A stretch of DNA of 47,562 nt from an uncultured Phycisphaerae bacterium (GTDB taxonomy: Bacteria; Planctomycetota; Phycisphaerae; Sedimentisphaerales; Anaerobacaceae), in assembly GCA_965372295.1 (NCBI GenBank), contig CBDVBU010000001.1:1-47562 (forward strand), in the 5' to 3' direction. Numbering within the stretch: the stretch's first letter is position 1; each line of letters begins with the position of its first letter. Under the pieces are notes generated by a model. It searched no databases. It was not told the DNA's origin and saw nothing but the letters and a program-made list of their open reading frames with translations. A program made the position numbers and the translations under genes. Positions 33,080-42,522 of the stretch are shown piece by piece.

Positions 33080-35641
33080 ATGGCGGCAGAAGAACAAAAA
33101 AAAGTTCCCGATGAAGATAATACTTCCGAGGTGCAGTCGGACGGCGAAATATTTACTGACAAAGCTCACGAAGGGAGCCTTAAGGCCGATATAGATCAAT
33201 CGGATTTAGGAATCCATGAGGAGCTTTCTGAGTATGAGCTTTTTGCCGGCGATGAGGATTTTTATAACCTCCTGGCAGAGTCCTCCCGGAAGACACCAGT
33301 TGAACAGTCTACCGTCGAACGTCAGGCTCCAAAAGGATTGAACCAGTATAAACGTTTTTCATCTCTTCAGAAAATTCTTGCCGTCAGTATAATTGCTGTC
33401 ATATCGATGCTTTTGTATGTATTGTTTAAATCTCCCTCAGGATCCGTTGCCGACTCGGCGTCAACGCCCGCCGGCCAGTCGGTGCAACCGGCCCGGCAAG
33501 AGCCCAGTTCCAGTCCATCTGTTACTGATTCCGAACAGGTAATGCAGGCACAAATTCACGAATCAGAACCTATGCTTTTGCCAACACAACCGCTTTCCTT
33601 AAATGTTGCCCGTAACTTTGTGCTGCAAAAGGAATACGACAGGGCTTTTGCCGCTTATAATGCTCTTCGCCAGGCTCTCCCGGCAGGTGAGGAGTTACTA
33701 AAAGATTTTCTGCAGCTAAAAATGGCTTTATGTGCAATGGAAGTTGCTGATTTCGAACAGGCGAGCCGTTTATTGGCAATGGCCTCTCAGAGCCGTTCGC
33801 CCGCTGTGAAAATAGTAGCTAATTATCATCTCTGCCTGCTTGAAATACAAAGAAAACGATTCCTCAGAGCAAGGACCAGGGCTTATAACACGATTGCTTT
33901 AATCAAGGCTGTTGACTTTGACGATGACTGGGCATTGTCATTCGAATGCGATTGTTCGTTTCTGGTCGCCGAGTGTCTGACACGACACATTCTTTTACTT
34001 AGCAGCACCGATACGGATCTTCCCGGTGATTTATGGGGCAAGCCTACGGCGTCTTCGGACCCATTTGGCAAATTGAACGAGACAGAACTGCGGAGGTTCC
34101 TGAATTCCGGCTCAGAGCACCTGGGCAGGGGATTACTCGATCCTGAGATTCGAAAACTCGAAGAGCAGGGGGGGCTGCCCCGTTGGTCTGTAACCTCTTA
34201 TGGGGCGCCGGTTGAGGAGCTGCTGGCGAAATTCGCTGCCGGCGCAGACCTTGATTTACACTGGGCTTTCAAAGGAGCTTTGGGATCGGATTCAGGAGAA
34301 GGTGCTCTGCGACAAAGGCCGGTCAGTTTATATCTGCCGGCGGCGACATCACAGCAGATTGTCCTGACAGCAGCAGGCTGCGCCGGGTTGCTGGCATATA
34401 CGGAAGGAGATTCCGGCCGGCAGAAAGTGACTATTTACGATCCGGCCGAATATTCGTCTTTGCGGCAGCACATATCTTTTCTGAGTCAGCAGGCTGTTTC
34501 GCTTTGGCAAAAATTCGTGCTGACGTTTTACAGCGACCAGCGGCTGGGCAACGCTCATTTTTTAATGGGACTCCTGCAATCTCAGATAGAGCTGCCGATC
34601 GAGGCAATTGCGGAATATAAATTAGTGGCTAATCGTTTTTCGCAAATGTCACTGGCGCCGTTCGCTTTATTGCACTCAAGCAAATTGAAAGCTAATCTGC
34701 GTGACTATCCCGGCGCCCGTGAGGACTTGAAGCAGCTTATTGAGCAATATCCGGATGTCGAGATTTACGGGCAGGCTTATCTGCGTCTGGCGGATGCCAC
34801 ATCGGAGGCGGGGCTTAACGCCAAAGCCGCACAGTTGTATCAAAGGGTATACAATTTTGGCTTGTCCGCCGAATCGAAGACTGCTTCGGCCATTGGAGCC
34901 GCCGGGTGTTTGTATGAGACAAAAGCGTATGAAGAAGCAGCGAAATGGCTGAATCGATACATCGATTTAGCCGGGGGTGACAAAAACAAAAACTTGTATT
35001 CGGCCTATTTTCTGCTGGGTCAGTCCAACCTTGCGTTAGGAAAATATCAGCAGGCCTGTGATGCGTTTGAATATGCGCTGGAAGAGCAGAGCTCGAGGGA
35101 GCAATATGTCGAGGCGATCGCATCGTTGGTGAAAGGCCATATAGAGCAGGAGAATTTCGTTGAGGCGCTTGATACGCTGGAGAGCGTACGTTCGGTTGCA
35201 TTGTCAAAGGAACAGTCCGTCGAAATGCTGCTGCTCAAATGCAGAATTTTCCGAATGCTGGGGCTTCTTGACGCGGCGATTGTATCTCTGCGTGACAGGG
35301 CGGAATATATTGCCGATTCGCAGTTGAACGCGAAAATATCCTTTGAACTTGCTCAGTGTCATATAGCCAAAGGCAATCTGGAAAGCGCCCGCAGCGGCTT
35401 AAGTGTAATTCTCAGTACCGTCGATCCCGGACCTTTGGCGCAACAAACCGCGATGGAGCTGGCCGATGTATGTCTAAAAATCGGACGAGGTTCGCAAGCC
35501 GTCTCGGTTTGTCTGCAGCTTTTGGAGTCGGATGTGTCCGAGCAGAAAAAACTTCAAATCCTGAGAATGCTCGCAGCGGCTTATAACCAACAGAAAAATT
35601 ACGACAAAGCGACATTAGCTCTTTCAGGTCAATGGAAGTGA
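33080..35641 (+). CDS. Large single-pass membrane protein with an extensive TPR region (853 aa from the preferred start)
   Basis: The ORF is open from 33008 (GTG). I prefer the ATG at 33080: GAGG lies 10 nt upstream, and the 94-nt leader matches the 76-88 nt leaders of the other three sigma54 units. It has an acidic N-terminus, one TM (ILAVSIIAVISMLLYVLF) and a central region resembling a secretin-N/FecR-type beta-alpha module (RPVSLYLPAATSQQIVLTAAGCAGLLAYTEGD). The C-terminal ~350 aa are TPR-like helical repeats. Confidence 0.7.
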   Translation: MAAEEQKKVPDEDNTSEVQSDGEIFTDKAHEGSLKADIDQSDLGIHEELSEYELFAGDEDFYNLLAESSRKTPVEQSTVERQAPKGLNQYKRFSSLQKILAVSIIAVISMLLYVLFKSPSGSVADSASTPAGQSVQPARQEPSSSPSVTDSEQVMQAQIHESEPMLLPTQPLSLNVARNFVLQKEYDRAFAAYNALRQALPAGEELLKDFLQLKMALCAMEVADFEQASRLLAMASQSRSPAVKIVANYHLCLLEIQRKRFLRARTRAYNTIALIKAVDFDDDWALSFECDCSFLVAECLTRHILLLSSTDTDLPGDLWGKPTASSDPFGKLNETELRRFLNSGSEHLGRGLLDPEIRKLEEQGGLPRWSVTSYGAPVEELLAKFAAGADLDLHWAFKGALGSDSGEGALRQRPVSLYLPAATSQQIVLTAAGCAGLLAYTEGDSGRQKVTIYDPAEYSSLRQHISFLSQQAVSLWQKFVLTFYSDQRLGNAHFLMGLLQSQIELPIEAIAEYKLVANRFSQMSLAPFALLHSSKLKANLRDYPGAREDLKQLIEQYPDVEIYGQAYLRLADATSEAGLNAKAAQLYQRVYNFGLSAESKTASAIGAAGCLYETKAYEEAAKWLNRYIDLAGGDKNKNLYSAYFLLGQSNLALGKYQQACDAFEYALEEQSSREQYVEAIASLVKGHIEQENFVEALDTLESVRSVALSKEQSVEMLLLKCRIFRMLGLLDAAIVSLRDRAEYIADSQLNAKISFELAQCHIAKGNLESARSGLSVILSTVDPGPLAQQTAMELADVCLKIGRGSQAVSVCLQLLESDVSEQKKLQILRMLAAAYNQQKNYDKATLALSGQWK

Positions 35642-35643
35642 AA

Positions 35644-36510
35644 ATGAAATACATGAATGCGAAACACAATTATGACTCGAAACTCAAAAGTTCTGCAGCT
35701 ATGAGTTTCAAGTTATGCTTTTATATTGCCTGCTTTACGTTTTTGTCTTTCCGTCTCTTAACATCTCTTACAGGTGCTGTCTATGCGAATTCTGCCGCCG
35801 GGAATGGTCGGAAATTATCGAAGAGCAGCGTAATAACTTCGATAGATCCGAATAATGTCAACGGACTCGAATTGCTGCGGGCTGAGATTAGTATTGCTCA
35901 AGGTCAAATCGATACGAAAAGCAGGGACCGGCTCAAGCGAATGATCGAACAAATTCGCTCCATAGAGTTTAAGCCGCAAGAGCAGGCCCAGGAGCCTGTT
36001 ATTGTCCCTGAAAAAGCTCCGGCGATTGAACCTAACGAAACTGTACCCGATGTACCGGTGCATAAGGAAACAGCGAAACAGGAAGCCAAACCCAAGCTGC
36101 CATACGAGCCGATAACCGGCGAGACGTTGCAAATGCTCATAAATCTGGCGCAAGATCCGGAGAAGCTGGATAATCCTCTTGAACTGGGAGAGATTTTATT
36201 TGTTAGCGGAAATGTAAAAGAAGCTTCGACGTTTTACTCCGAGGCGCTGAAGCGTAAAGATCCGAATGACGTCAGTGTGTCCCGGGACAGGGCCTGGATA
36301 TTGTTTCAAATAGGCAACTGCCTGCGAAACGATGATCTGCCTGCCGCGGCGAAGATGTATCAACAACTTCTTACAGAATATCCGAATTCACCATGGGTAG
36401 GTATGGCGACCGCCCAGAGTAATTTAATCGCCTGGTACTTGAAAGACGAACCCGTTAAGTTGATGCTACAAGTAAAGCGTGCCGGAAGTGAACAAAACAA
36501 CATTAAATGA
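35644..36510 (+). CDS. Secreted/periplasmic protein with a C-terminal TPR-like (YbgF/CpoB-like) domain
   Basis: A signal-peptide-like segment is present (MSFKLCFYIACFTFLSFRLLTSLTGAVYA). It is followed by a low-complexity P/E/K linker. The C-terminus is GEILFVSGNVKEASTFYSEALKRKDPNDVSVSRDRAWILFQIGNCLRNDDLPAAAKMYQQLLTEYPNSPW. The start is uncertain (35632, 35644, 35653 or 35701). Confidence 0.6.
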   Translation: MKYMNAKHNYDSKLKSSAAMSFKLCFYIACFTFLSFRLLTSLTGAVYANSAAGNGRKLSKSSVITSIDPNNVNGLELLRAEISIAQGQIDTKSRDRLKRMIEQIRSIEFKPQEQAQEPVIVPEKAPAIEPNETVPDVPVHKETAKQEAKPKLPYEPITGETLQMLINLAQDPEKLDNPLELGEILFVSGNVKEASTFYSEALKRKDPNDVSVSRDRAWILFQIGNCLRNDDLPAAAKMYQQLLTEYPNSPWVGMATAQSNLIAWYLKDEPVKLMLQVKRAGSEQNNIK

Positions 36511-36517
36511 GGGAAGC

Positions 36518-37984
36518 ATGGGCAAACAGGAAGATTTTGCGAACGTACTGATAGCTGATAGCGACCCCGAGATGGCTCGATTTATGCTTGAGATTCTGGC
36601 CCGTAAGGGAATCCGCGGACATCTCGTAGGCAACAAAGAAAAAGCGATTGATTTTATCAGCAAGGGCAGTTGCGATTTTGTCTTCATCAGTGACACGATA
36701 AGCCCCCGGACGGACCTGTCCGGTCGGAGGCAGGATGGTTTTGAGCTGCTTGGTAAAGTCAGGGAAAATTGGCCGGAACTGCCGGTGGTTATGATAGCAA
36801 AAGCCCAAAAGGCGGATGCGCAAAATCAACAGCAAACTGTCAGGACAGCAGTAAGAGCTGTTCGCCAGGGCTGTTGTGACTTTCTAATCAAGCCGCCGGA
36901 CCGTGAAAAGATAGAAACCTTGCTGGATACTTTCCTGCCTAACCACAGCGTTTCGACAATAGCTTCAGCTCAAGAGGACACTCGCAGCCTGTATAGGATT
37001 GTAGGCAGAAGCGCAAACCTCATTCAAATCATCGAACTTGCTAAAAAAATCGCCCCTACTTCGGCGCCGGTCTTAATAAACGGCGAAAGTGGGACGGGCA
37101 AAGAGCTGATTGCTTATCTGATTCATAACAAAAGCAGAAGGGCACAGGGCTCATATATTAAAGTCAATTGTGCAGCGCTAAGTGATTCGCTTCTTGAAAG
37201 TGAGCTTTTCGGCCATGAGAAAGGTGCTTTCACCGGCGCTTGTGCTCAGCGCAAAGGCCGATTCGAAATGGCCCACGGCGGAACTCTGCTTCTGGATGAG
37301 ATTACAGAAACGCCTGTAAAGTTTCAGGCCAAGTTGCTGCGGGTCCTCGAACAGCAGGATTTCGAGCGTGTCGGCGGAAATGAAAGTGTAAGAGTCGATG
37401 TTCGAATAATAAGTACGACGAATAAAAATCTGTTAGAGGAAGTCCGGCAGGGCAGGTTCCGGCAGGACCTCTATTACCGGTTAAGCGGGGCAAGATTGGT
37501 TATCTGTCCCCTGAGAGAACGCAAGGAAGACTTATCCGACCTTGTGTGGTATTTCGTTAACCTTTATGCCCACGAGGTGCAACGTCGTATCACGAAGCTC
37601 GATCCTGTGATGATGGATATTTTTGCCAAATACCACTGGCCCGGCAATGTCCGGCAGTTGCGCAATGTCGTACGAACATCGCTTACTTTGGGGGCCGGCC
37701 CCACACTGTCGTTAGCAGATGTATCCTGGCTCTTCGATGAATTACAGCCGCTGACACAGCAGGATCGCGCCGATTACGACTTGTCGCGTGAAAAACATGC
37801 AGATAGCGACTTCGGACTTGGAGGAGTGCCGCTTGTGCAGATAGAACGGCGGGCGATTTTGGATACATTACGCCAGACGGGAGGCAACCAGACGAAGGCG
37901 GCAAAGGTATTGGGTATCAGTGACCGGACGCTGAGAGATAGAGTCCACCGATACAGGCGAGAAGGCAGTCTGCAGTTGGTATGA
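36518..37984 (+). CDS. sigma54-dependent response-regulator activator (NtrC family; FleR/FlrC/FlbD-like)
   Basis: The REC domain has an acidic pocket (LIADSDPE), a phospho-acceptor-position Asp (FVFISD) and the Lys (DFLIKPP). The AAA+ core has GESGTGKELIAYLIH and a canonical GAFTGA. The HTH is KAAKVLGISDRTLRDRVHRY. I prefer the ATG at 36518. Confidence 0.85.
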   Translation: MGKQEDFANVLIADSDPEMARFMLEILARKGIRGHLVGNKEKAIDFISKGSCDFVFISDTISPRTDLSGRRQDGFELLGKVRENWPELPVVMIAKAQKADAQNQQQTVRTAVRAVRQGCCDFLIKPPDREKIETLLDTFLPNHSVSTIASAQEDTRSLYRIVGRSANLIQIIELAKKIAPTSAPVLINGESGTGKELIAYLIHNKSRRAQGSYIKVNCAALSDSLLESELFGHEKGAFTGACAQRKGRFEMAHGGTLLLDEITETPVKFQAKLLRVLEQQDFERVGGNESVRVDVRIISTTNKNLLEEVRQGRFRQDLYYRLSGARLVICPLRERKEDLSDLVWYFVNLYAHEVQRRITKLDPVMMDIFAKYHWPGNVRQLRNVVRTSLTLGAGPTLSLADVSWLFDELQPLTQQDRADYDLSREKHADSDFGLGGVPLVQIERRAILDTLRQTGGNQTKAAKVLGISDRTLRDRVHRYRREGSLQLV

Positions 37985-38019
37985 TTATAATTTTGTGTAA
38001 TAAATGATTGAGGCGAAAA

Positions 38020-38598
38020 ATGGCAGATGCGGATGATATAAAAGAGCAGGAAGAGCAAAAAAAGCCGGAAGCCGAAAAGAGCGACAAAAAGTCCTTAATC
38101 GCTCGATTCCTGCCGTGGATAATCATGGTTGTTGTGGTTTTAATTTGTGCCGGCGCCGGCTTGAGCGTCGGTCGATTGTTTGCCGGCTCCGACCAACCGG
38201 AAGCAACCGAATCCGACTCGAAGCCCGATGAACCAATCCAGGCAGATGACCTCAAAGCAGATGATGATTCAGCGAAAGTCTGGTATTATGATTTGGATCC
38301 CGTTGTGGCAAATCTCAATGAGCCTTCTGTAACACGTTACGTTCGGGCTTCTTTGACACTTGAGATGAGTGCCGATATGAGTGAAAAAAAAGGCACCATC
38401 TTTCTTGATGAGAAAAAACCCATCTTGATCAACTGGCTTACCGTATATCTTTCAAGTCTGAGCCTTGAGGATGTCAGAGGTGATAATAATCTCAGAAGTA
38501 TTCAGTCACACGTACGCGATGCTTTTAACGAAAAGCTTTTTCCTGATTCTCAGTCTCAAATCAAGCAGGTCCTGATTAAGGAATTCCCCGTACAATGA
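38020..38598 (+). CDS. fliL: FliL, basal-body-associated protein
   Basis: It has one TM (FLPWIIMVVVVLICAGAGL) followed by the FliL domain pattern (WYYDLDPVVANLNEPSVTRYVRASLTLEM ... LRSIQSHVRDAFNEKLF ... IKQVLIKEFPVQ). It lies directly upstream of fliM. Confidence 0.75.
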   Translation: MADADDIKEQEEQKKPEAEKSDKKSLIARFLPWIIMVVVVLICAGAGLSVGRLFAGSDQPEATESDSKPDEPIQADDLKADDDSAKVWYYDLDPVVANLNEPSVTRYVRASLTLEMSADMSEKKGTIFLDEKKPILINWLTVYLSSLSLEDVRGDNNLRSIQSHVRDAFNEKLFPDSQSQIKQVLIKEFPVQ

Positions 38599-39602
38599 GT
38601 GGCAGAGTTACGAACAGTTTGAGCAGAGAAAAGATACAGCAGCTTCTGATGGCCGTTGGTTCTAAGCCAACGGAAGATATAACACAAGAGGAGGCCACAA
38701 AGTATAATTGGCGCGAGCCTCATTACTTCAATAGCGAGCAGCTTGTCAAACTCGACGATTTTGCACAAACAGCAGCCACCGCAGTAGCTGAAAAATTCTC
38801 TGAATTTTGCCGCAGCGAACTCAATGTAACAATTGCATCAACCACGCAGCACTTTGCAGATGAATTTCCTAACCAGCCCTCAGATAGTGAACAGAAGGAT
38901 TATTATCTTCCCTTCGGCGCCAACCAGGAGCAGATGTGCGGACTTATTGGTATACCCGGACAAGCAGCACTTAACTGGGCGAGGCAATTGCTCGGTGATT
39001 CCGAATCCGAAGAGGATCCGGGCAGAGATTTGTCGCAATTAGAAGAATCTCTTTTATTGGATCTGGTCTCGGCTCTCGTTGAGGTATTTTCCGGCCTTGA
39101 TGAATCATTCGATTTCCATTCGGCAAAAAGCATTGACAAGGGGCGGTGGCCTCTTGAAATGGAAGGTGCCGAAGAACTCTGCAAGATCTCTTTTGATGTT
39201 AAGAAAGCTGACTCGGAGAAGAGTTCTGAAGCTTATTTTTTGATACTTTGTAGTGAGCTGGAGCCTGTAGCAGGAAAAGCGGAACAAGATTCTGCCGATT
39301 TTTCTGCTGAGGACGTATCAAAAATGATTCTCGGTCATTTACAGGAAATTCCGGTTTCCATTACAGGTCAACTGGCATCTGCTGTGCTTAGCTTCGAAGA
39401 AATAATGGATCTTCAGCCGGATGATATACTTCTACTGGATAAGAGAGTCGATCAGCCGACGGAACTGATTGTAGGTGGCCGGACGGTTTATTATGGCTAC
39501 CCTGCAAAATCAGCCGGCAAGTACGCTGTCACAATCACAAATACAGCGTCGGCATTTGGAGGTGACGCCGAAAACATAAATTCGAGCATAGAGACTAAAT
39601 GA
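38595..39602 (+). CDS. fliM: FliM, C-ring switch protein
   Basis: The N-terminal CheY-P-binding-type peptide is SLSREKIQQLL. It has a central FliM domain and a C-terminal SpoA-like region (ELIVGGRTVYYGYPAKSAGKYAVTI). Its start overlaps the fliL stop (ATGA). Confidence 0.8.
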   Translation: MSGRVTNSLSREKIQQLLMAVGSKPTEDITQEEATKYNWREPHYFNSEQLVKLDDFAQTAATAVAEKFSEFCRSELNVTIASTTQHFADEFPNQPSDSEQKDYYLPFGANQEQMCGLIGIPGQAALNWARQLLGDSESEEDPGRDLSQLEESLLLDLVSALVEVFSGLDESFDFHSAKSIDKGRWPLEMEGAEELCKISFDVKKADSEKSSEAYFLILCSELEPVAGKAEQDSADFSAEDVSKMILGHLQEIPVSITGQLASAVLSFEEIMDLQPDDILLLDKRVDQPTELIVGGRTVYYGYPAKSAGKYAVTITNTASAFGGDAENINSSIETK

Positions 39603-39620
39603 TTGGGAGGATATAAAGAT

Positions 39621-40016
39621 ATGGCAAAAGCAGCTAACGCCGTAGAAGAAAAACAGGATCAGCAGGAAGATACGTCGCAACAAGACGGTAAAAAGCAGGC
39701 GCAATCGGTCGAATTTTCCGAGGCTGTTGGAACCGAGGCTACAACCGGTGCCGGAAGTATCGATGTCTTACTGGCTATGAACGTTTCAGTTACGGTTGTT
39801 ATCGGCCAGACTGAGTTGCCGGTTAAGCGGCTGTTGCAGCTTGGGCCCGGTTCGGTATTAAAGCTCGACAAATCTATCGATGAGCCGGCAGACTTATATC
39901 TCGGAGACACCAAGTTTGCTACCGGGAATGTGGTGGTGGTGGATGACCGGTTTGCTATCAGGATTAAGCAGATTCTCGGCCTTAGCGATTCTTCCGCCAA
40001 GGCTGCCGGGGCGTGA
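39621..40016 (+). CDS. fliN: FliN, C-ring switch protein
   Basis: The SpoA/FliN domain is IDVLLAMNVSVTVVIGQTELPVKRLLQLGPGSVLKLDKSIDEPADLYLGDTKFATGNVVVVDDRFAIRIKQIL. The ATG at 39621 is preceded by GGAGG at 39606-39610. Confidence 0.9.
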   Translation: MAKAANAVEEKQDQQEDTSQQDGKKQAQSVEFSEAVGTEATTGAGSIDVLLAMNVSVTVVIGQTELPVKRLLQLGPGSVLKLDKSIDEPADLYLGDTKFATGNVVVVDDRFAIRIKQILGLSDSSAKAAGA

Positions 40017-40034
40017 GTTTAAGAAGGAATTTTG

Positions 40035-42179
40035 ATGACAGGACATGAACAAACAAATTTGCAGGGGCCGCCCGGATCGAATTCTCCCAACACGCCTCTG
40101 GCGTCCTATAGCAATATTGTCATGGTTGTTGGCCTGGTTGCGGTCCTCGCTACCCTCATAATTCCTTTACCTACGCTGGTTTTGGATATGTTTCTGGCTT
40201 GTAGTATCTCGCTGGCTTTGGCTGTTTTGATCGTGACCCTGTCGTCGAAAGAGGCGCTCGATTTATCGACGTTTCCTTCACTGCTTCTTTTCGTAACGTT
40301 GTTTCGCCTTTCCCTTAACGTTGCCTCGACGAGATTGATCCTTCTACATGGAGATGCCGGGAAAATCATTGAGACCTTCGGCGGTTTTGTTGCCGGCGGC
40401 AGTTTCGTGGTCGGGCTGGTCATTTTCCTGATCCTTGTCGTGATTCAGTTCATTGTTATTACGAAAGGTGCTGAGCGAATCAGTGAAGTGTCCGCCCGTT
40501 TTACCCTTGATGCGATGCCCGGCAAGCAAATGGCTATTGATGCGGACCTTAATGCCGGAACCATTACCGAAACGCAAGCCAATGAGCGCCGAGCGAAAAT
40601 CGTAAAAGAAAGCGAGTTCTATGGCGCAATGGATGGTGCGAGCAAATTTATACGCGGCGATGCCAAGGCCGGGCTGATCATCACGGCGGTCAATATAATC
40701 GGCGGTATAGCTATGGGATATTCGCGCGGTATTCCAATTGCGGGCGCCGTAAGGACTTATTCCATTCTTTCCATCGGTGACGGACTTGTCAGCCAGATCC
40801 CGTCAGTCATCATTGCGGTCAGTTCGGGATTTCTGGTTACAAAAATATCTTCACGCTACAGTGTCGGCCAGGATCTATCCAGGCAGTTTCTCAAAACAAG
40901 TCAGCCGCTGATTATGGCAGGAGTCATAATCGCGTTGATGGCGTTGGTGCCGGGTATGCCCAAAATTCCCTTTCTTTTGCTGGGCGCCGGTTCGGCTCTG
41001 CTTGGCAGAGCGGTGGCTAAATCCGAAAAGGACCATAAGCAGAAACCCAGTGCCTCTCCCCAGGCAAAGGCCGAGAAACAGCCGGTCGAAGAGCTGCTGG
41101 ACGTCGACCGTATTTCCGTGCAGGTCGGCGTGCGATTAATCAGTATGGTGGACCCTCGTAAAGACAGCACTATCTTTGACCGCATAGGGGCATTGCGGAG
41201 AAAGTTTGCCCGGCAGCTTGGCATCATAATTCCTCTGGTTCGGCTACGCGATAATATTAATCTCGATCCGACTGCTTATGAGATTCGAATCGCAGAGCTG
41301 CCGGTAGCGAAGGGGCGATTGGAGCCTGACATGTTCCTTGCTATGGATCCGGGTACCGTCCAAACCAAAGTCGATGGTATAGAAACCACCGAACCTGTTT
41401 ACGGACTGCCGGCTTTGTGGATTACACAAACCAATAAGGAAAAGGCCGAACTCAACGGATATACAGTGATCGATCCTGAGTCGGTCTTTATTACGCATTT
41501 ATCCGAAACAATGCGAAAACACGCCGGCGATTTATTGACCCGTGAAGATGTGCAGCTTCTGATAGATAGACTTCGTAATACTCAGCCGTCATTGGTCGGA
41601 GAAGTTATCGGAGCCGAACGGGATGTGTCTATCGGATTGCTTCAACGTGTGCTTAAAAACATCATAAAGGATGGAATCCCGATTCGGGAATTAACTGCTA
41701 TTCTTGAATCGTTGGGAGAACACGCTTCAAAAACCAAGAACACCACTGTCTTGACAGAGATGGTTCGTAAGTGCCTGGGCAGATCTATTACCGAGCAGTG
41801 TAAGAATGACGATGGCAAGATTATGGCCATAACACTGGATCCCGCACTCGAGCATCAGATGGCCTCGACCTTGCAGCAGGAGGCAGAGGGGATCAATCTG
41901 GCTTTACCGACCGAGATGGCCATGGATATAAGCAGAAAAACAGCACAAGCATGGAAGGCGACGATGGATAAAGGTAACGATAAGGTGGTATTGCTCTGTG
42001 ATGCGAGGTTGCGCTCGCCGCTGGCGGTAATGTTGTCGCGAACAGTGCCGATGTTGCCGGTTGTGGCGTATGATGAAGTTGTGCTTGGAACCGAAGTAGA
42101 GCCGATAGAAATAATATCCATCCAGCAGACCGAATCGGTAGAGCCAGGTGGGCGGGAACTTGTCGGAGTTTCGAGGTGA
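40035..42179 (+). CDS. flhA: FlhA, flagellar type III export gate protein
   Basis: The conserved N-terminal membrane domain is FRLSLNVASTRLILLHGDAGKIIETFGGFV ... ITKGAERISEVSARFTLDAMPGKQMAIDADLNAG. It also has a large cytoplasmic C-domain. Confidence 0.95.
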   Translation: MTGHEQTNLQGPPGSNSPNTPLASYSNIVMVVGLVAVLATLIIPLPTLVLDMFLACSISLALAVLIVTLSSKEALDLSTFPSLLLFVTLFRLSLNVASTRLILLHGDAGKIIETFGGFVAGGSFVVGLVIFLILVVIQFIVITKGAERISEVSARFTLDAMPGKQMAIDADLNAGTITETQANERRAKIVKESEFYGAMDGASKFIRGDAKAGLIITAVNIIGGIAMGYSRGIPIAGAVRTYSILSIGDGLVSQIPSVIIAVSSGFLVTKISSRYSVGQDLSRQFLKTSQPLIMAGVIIALMALVPGMPKIPFLLLGAGSALLGRAVAKSEKDHKQKPSASPQAKAEKQPVEELLDVDRISVQVGVRLISMVDPRKDSTIFDRIGALRRKFARQLGIIIPLVRLRDNINLDPTAYEIRIAELPVAKGRLEPDMFLAMDPGTVQTKVDGIETTEPVYGLPALWITQTNKEKAELNGYTVIDPESVFITHLSETMRKHAGDLLTREDVQLLIDRLRNTQPSLVGEVIGAERDVSIGLLQRVLKNIIKDGIPIRELTAILESLGEHASKTKNTTVLTEMVRKCLGRSITEQCKNDDGKIMAITLDPALEHQMASTLQQEAEGINLALPTEMAMDISRKTAQAWKATMDKGNDKVVLLCDARLRSPLAVMLSRTVPMLPVVAYDEVVLGTEVEPIEIISIQQTESVEPGGRELVGVSR

Positions 42180-42237
42180 TGTGTTGTGCGTCAGATAAAT
42201 GCAATATGATATATGCAACAGGAAATACGAGATAATT

Positions 42238-42522
42238 ATGCCGCTACACGTTAGATCGATTGCAGTAAGCATTGCAGTGATATGTTTTTTCGTCTTGAGC
42301 TTAATTGGAGGCTTTTGTGGCCTTTCGCCGTTTGTTTGCTGTAAGAGGGCGCTGATAGGGGCGGTGCTTGCGTATATAGCGGGAGGATGGGCTGTAAGGG
42401 CGATAAATGCTATTTTGATCGATGCGATGATAGCAGACCAGATGAATCGGCAGGATGACTCTGGTTTTGGAGTTAATCCCAAGATGAGATTTAAGGAAAA
42501 GGGCAGTGTCGGTACAGACTAA
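42238..42522 (+). CDS. Small two-TM hypothetical membrane protein
   Basis: The ORF lies between flhA and fliA in the same orientation. It has two hydrophobic helices (IAVSIAVICFFVLSLIGGF and LIGAVLAYIAGGWAV). I recognise no family. The start is uncertain (42199 or 42238). Confidence 0.35.
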   Translation: MPLHVRSIAVSIAVICFFVLSLIGGFCGLSPFVCCKRALIGAVLAYIAGGWAVRAINAILIDAMIADQMNRQDDSGFGVNPKMRFKEKGSVGTD

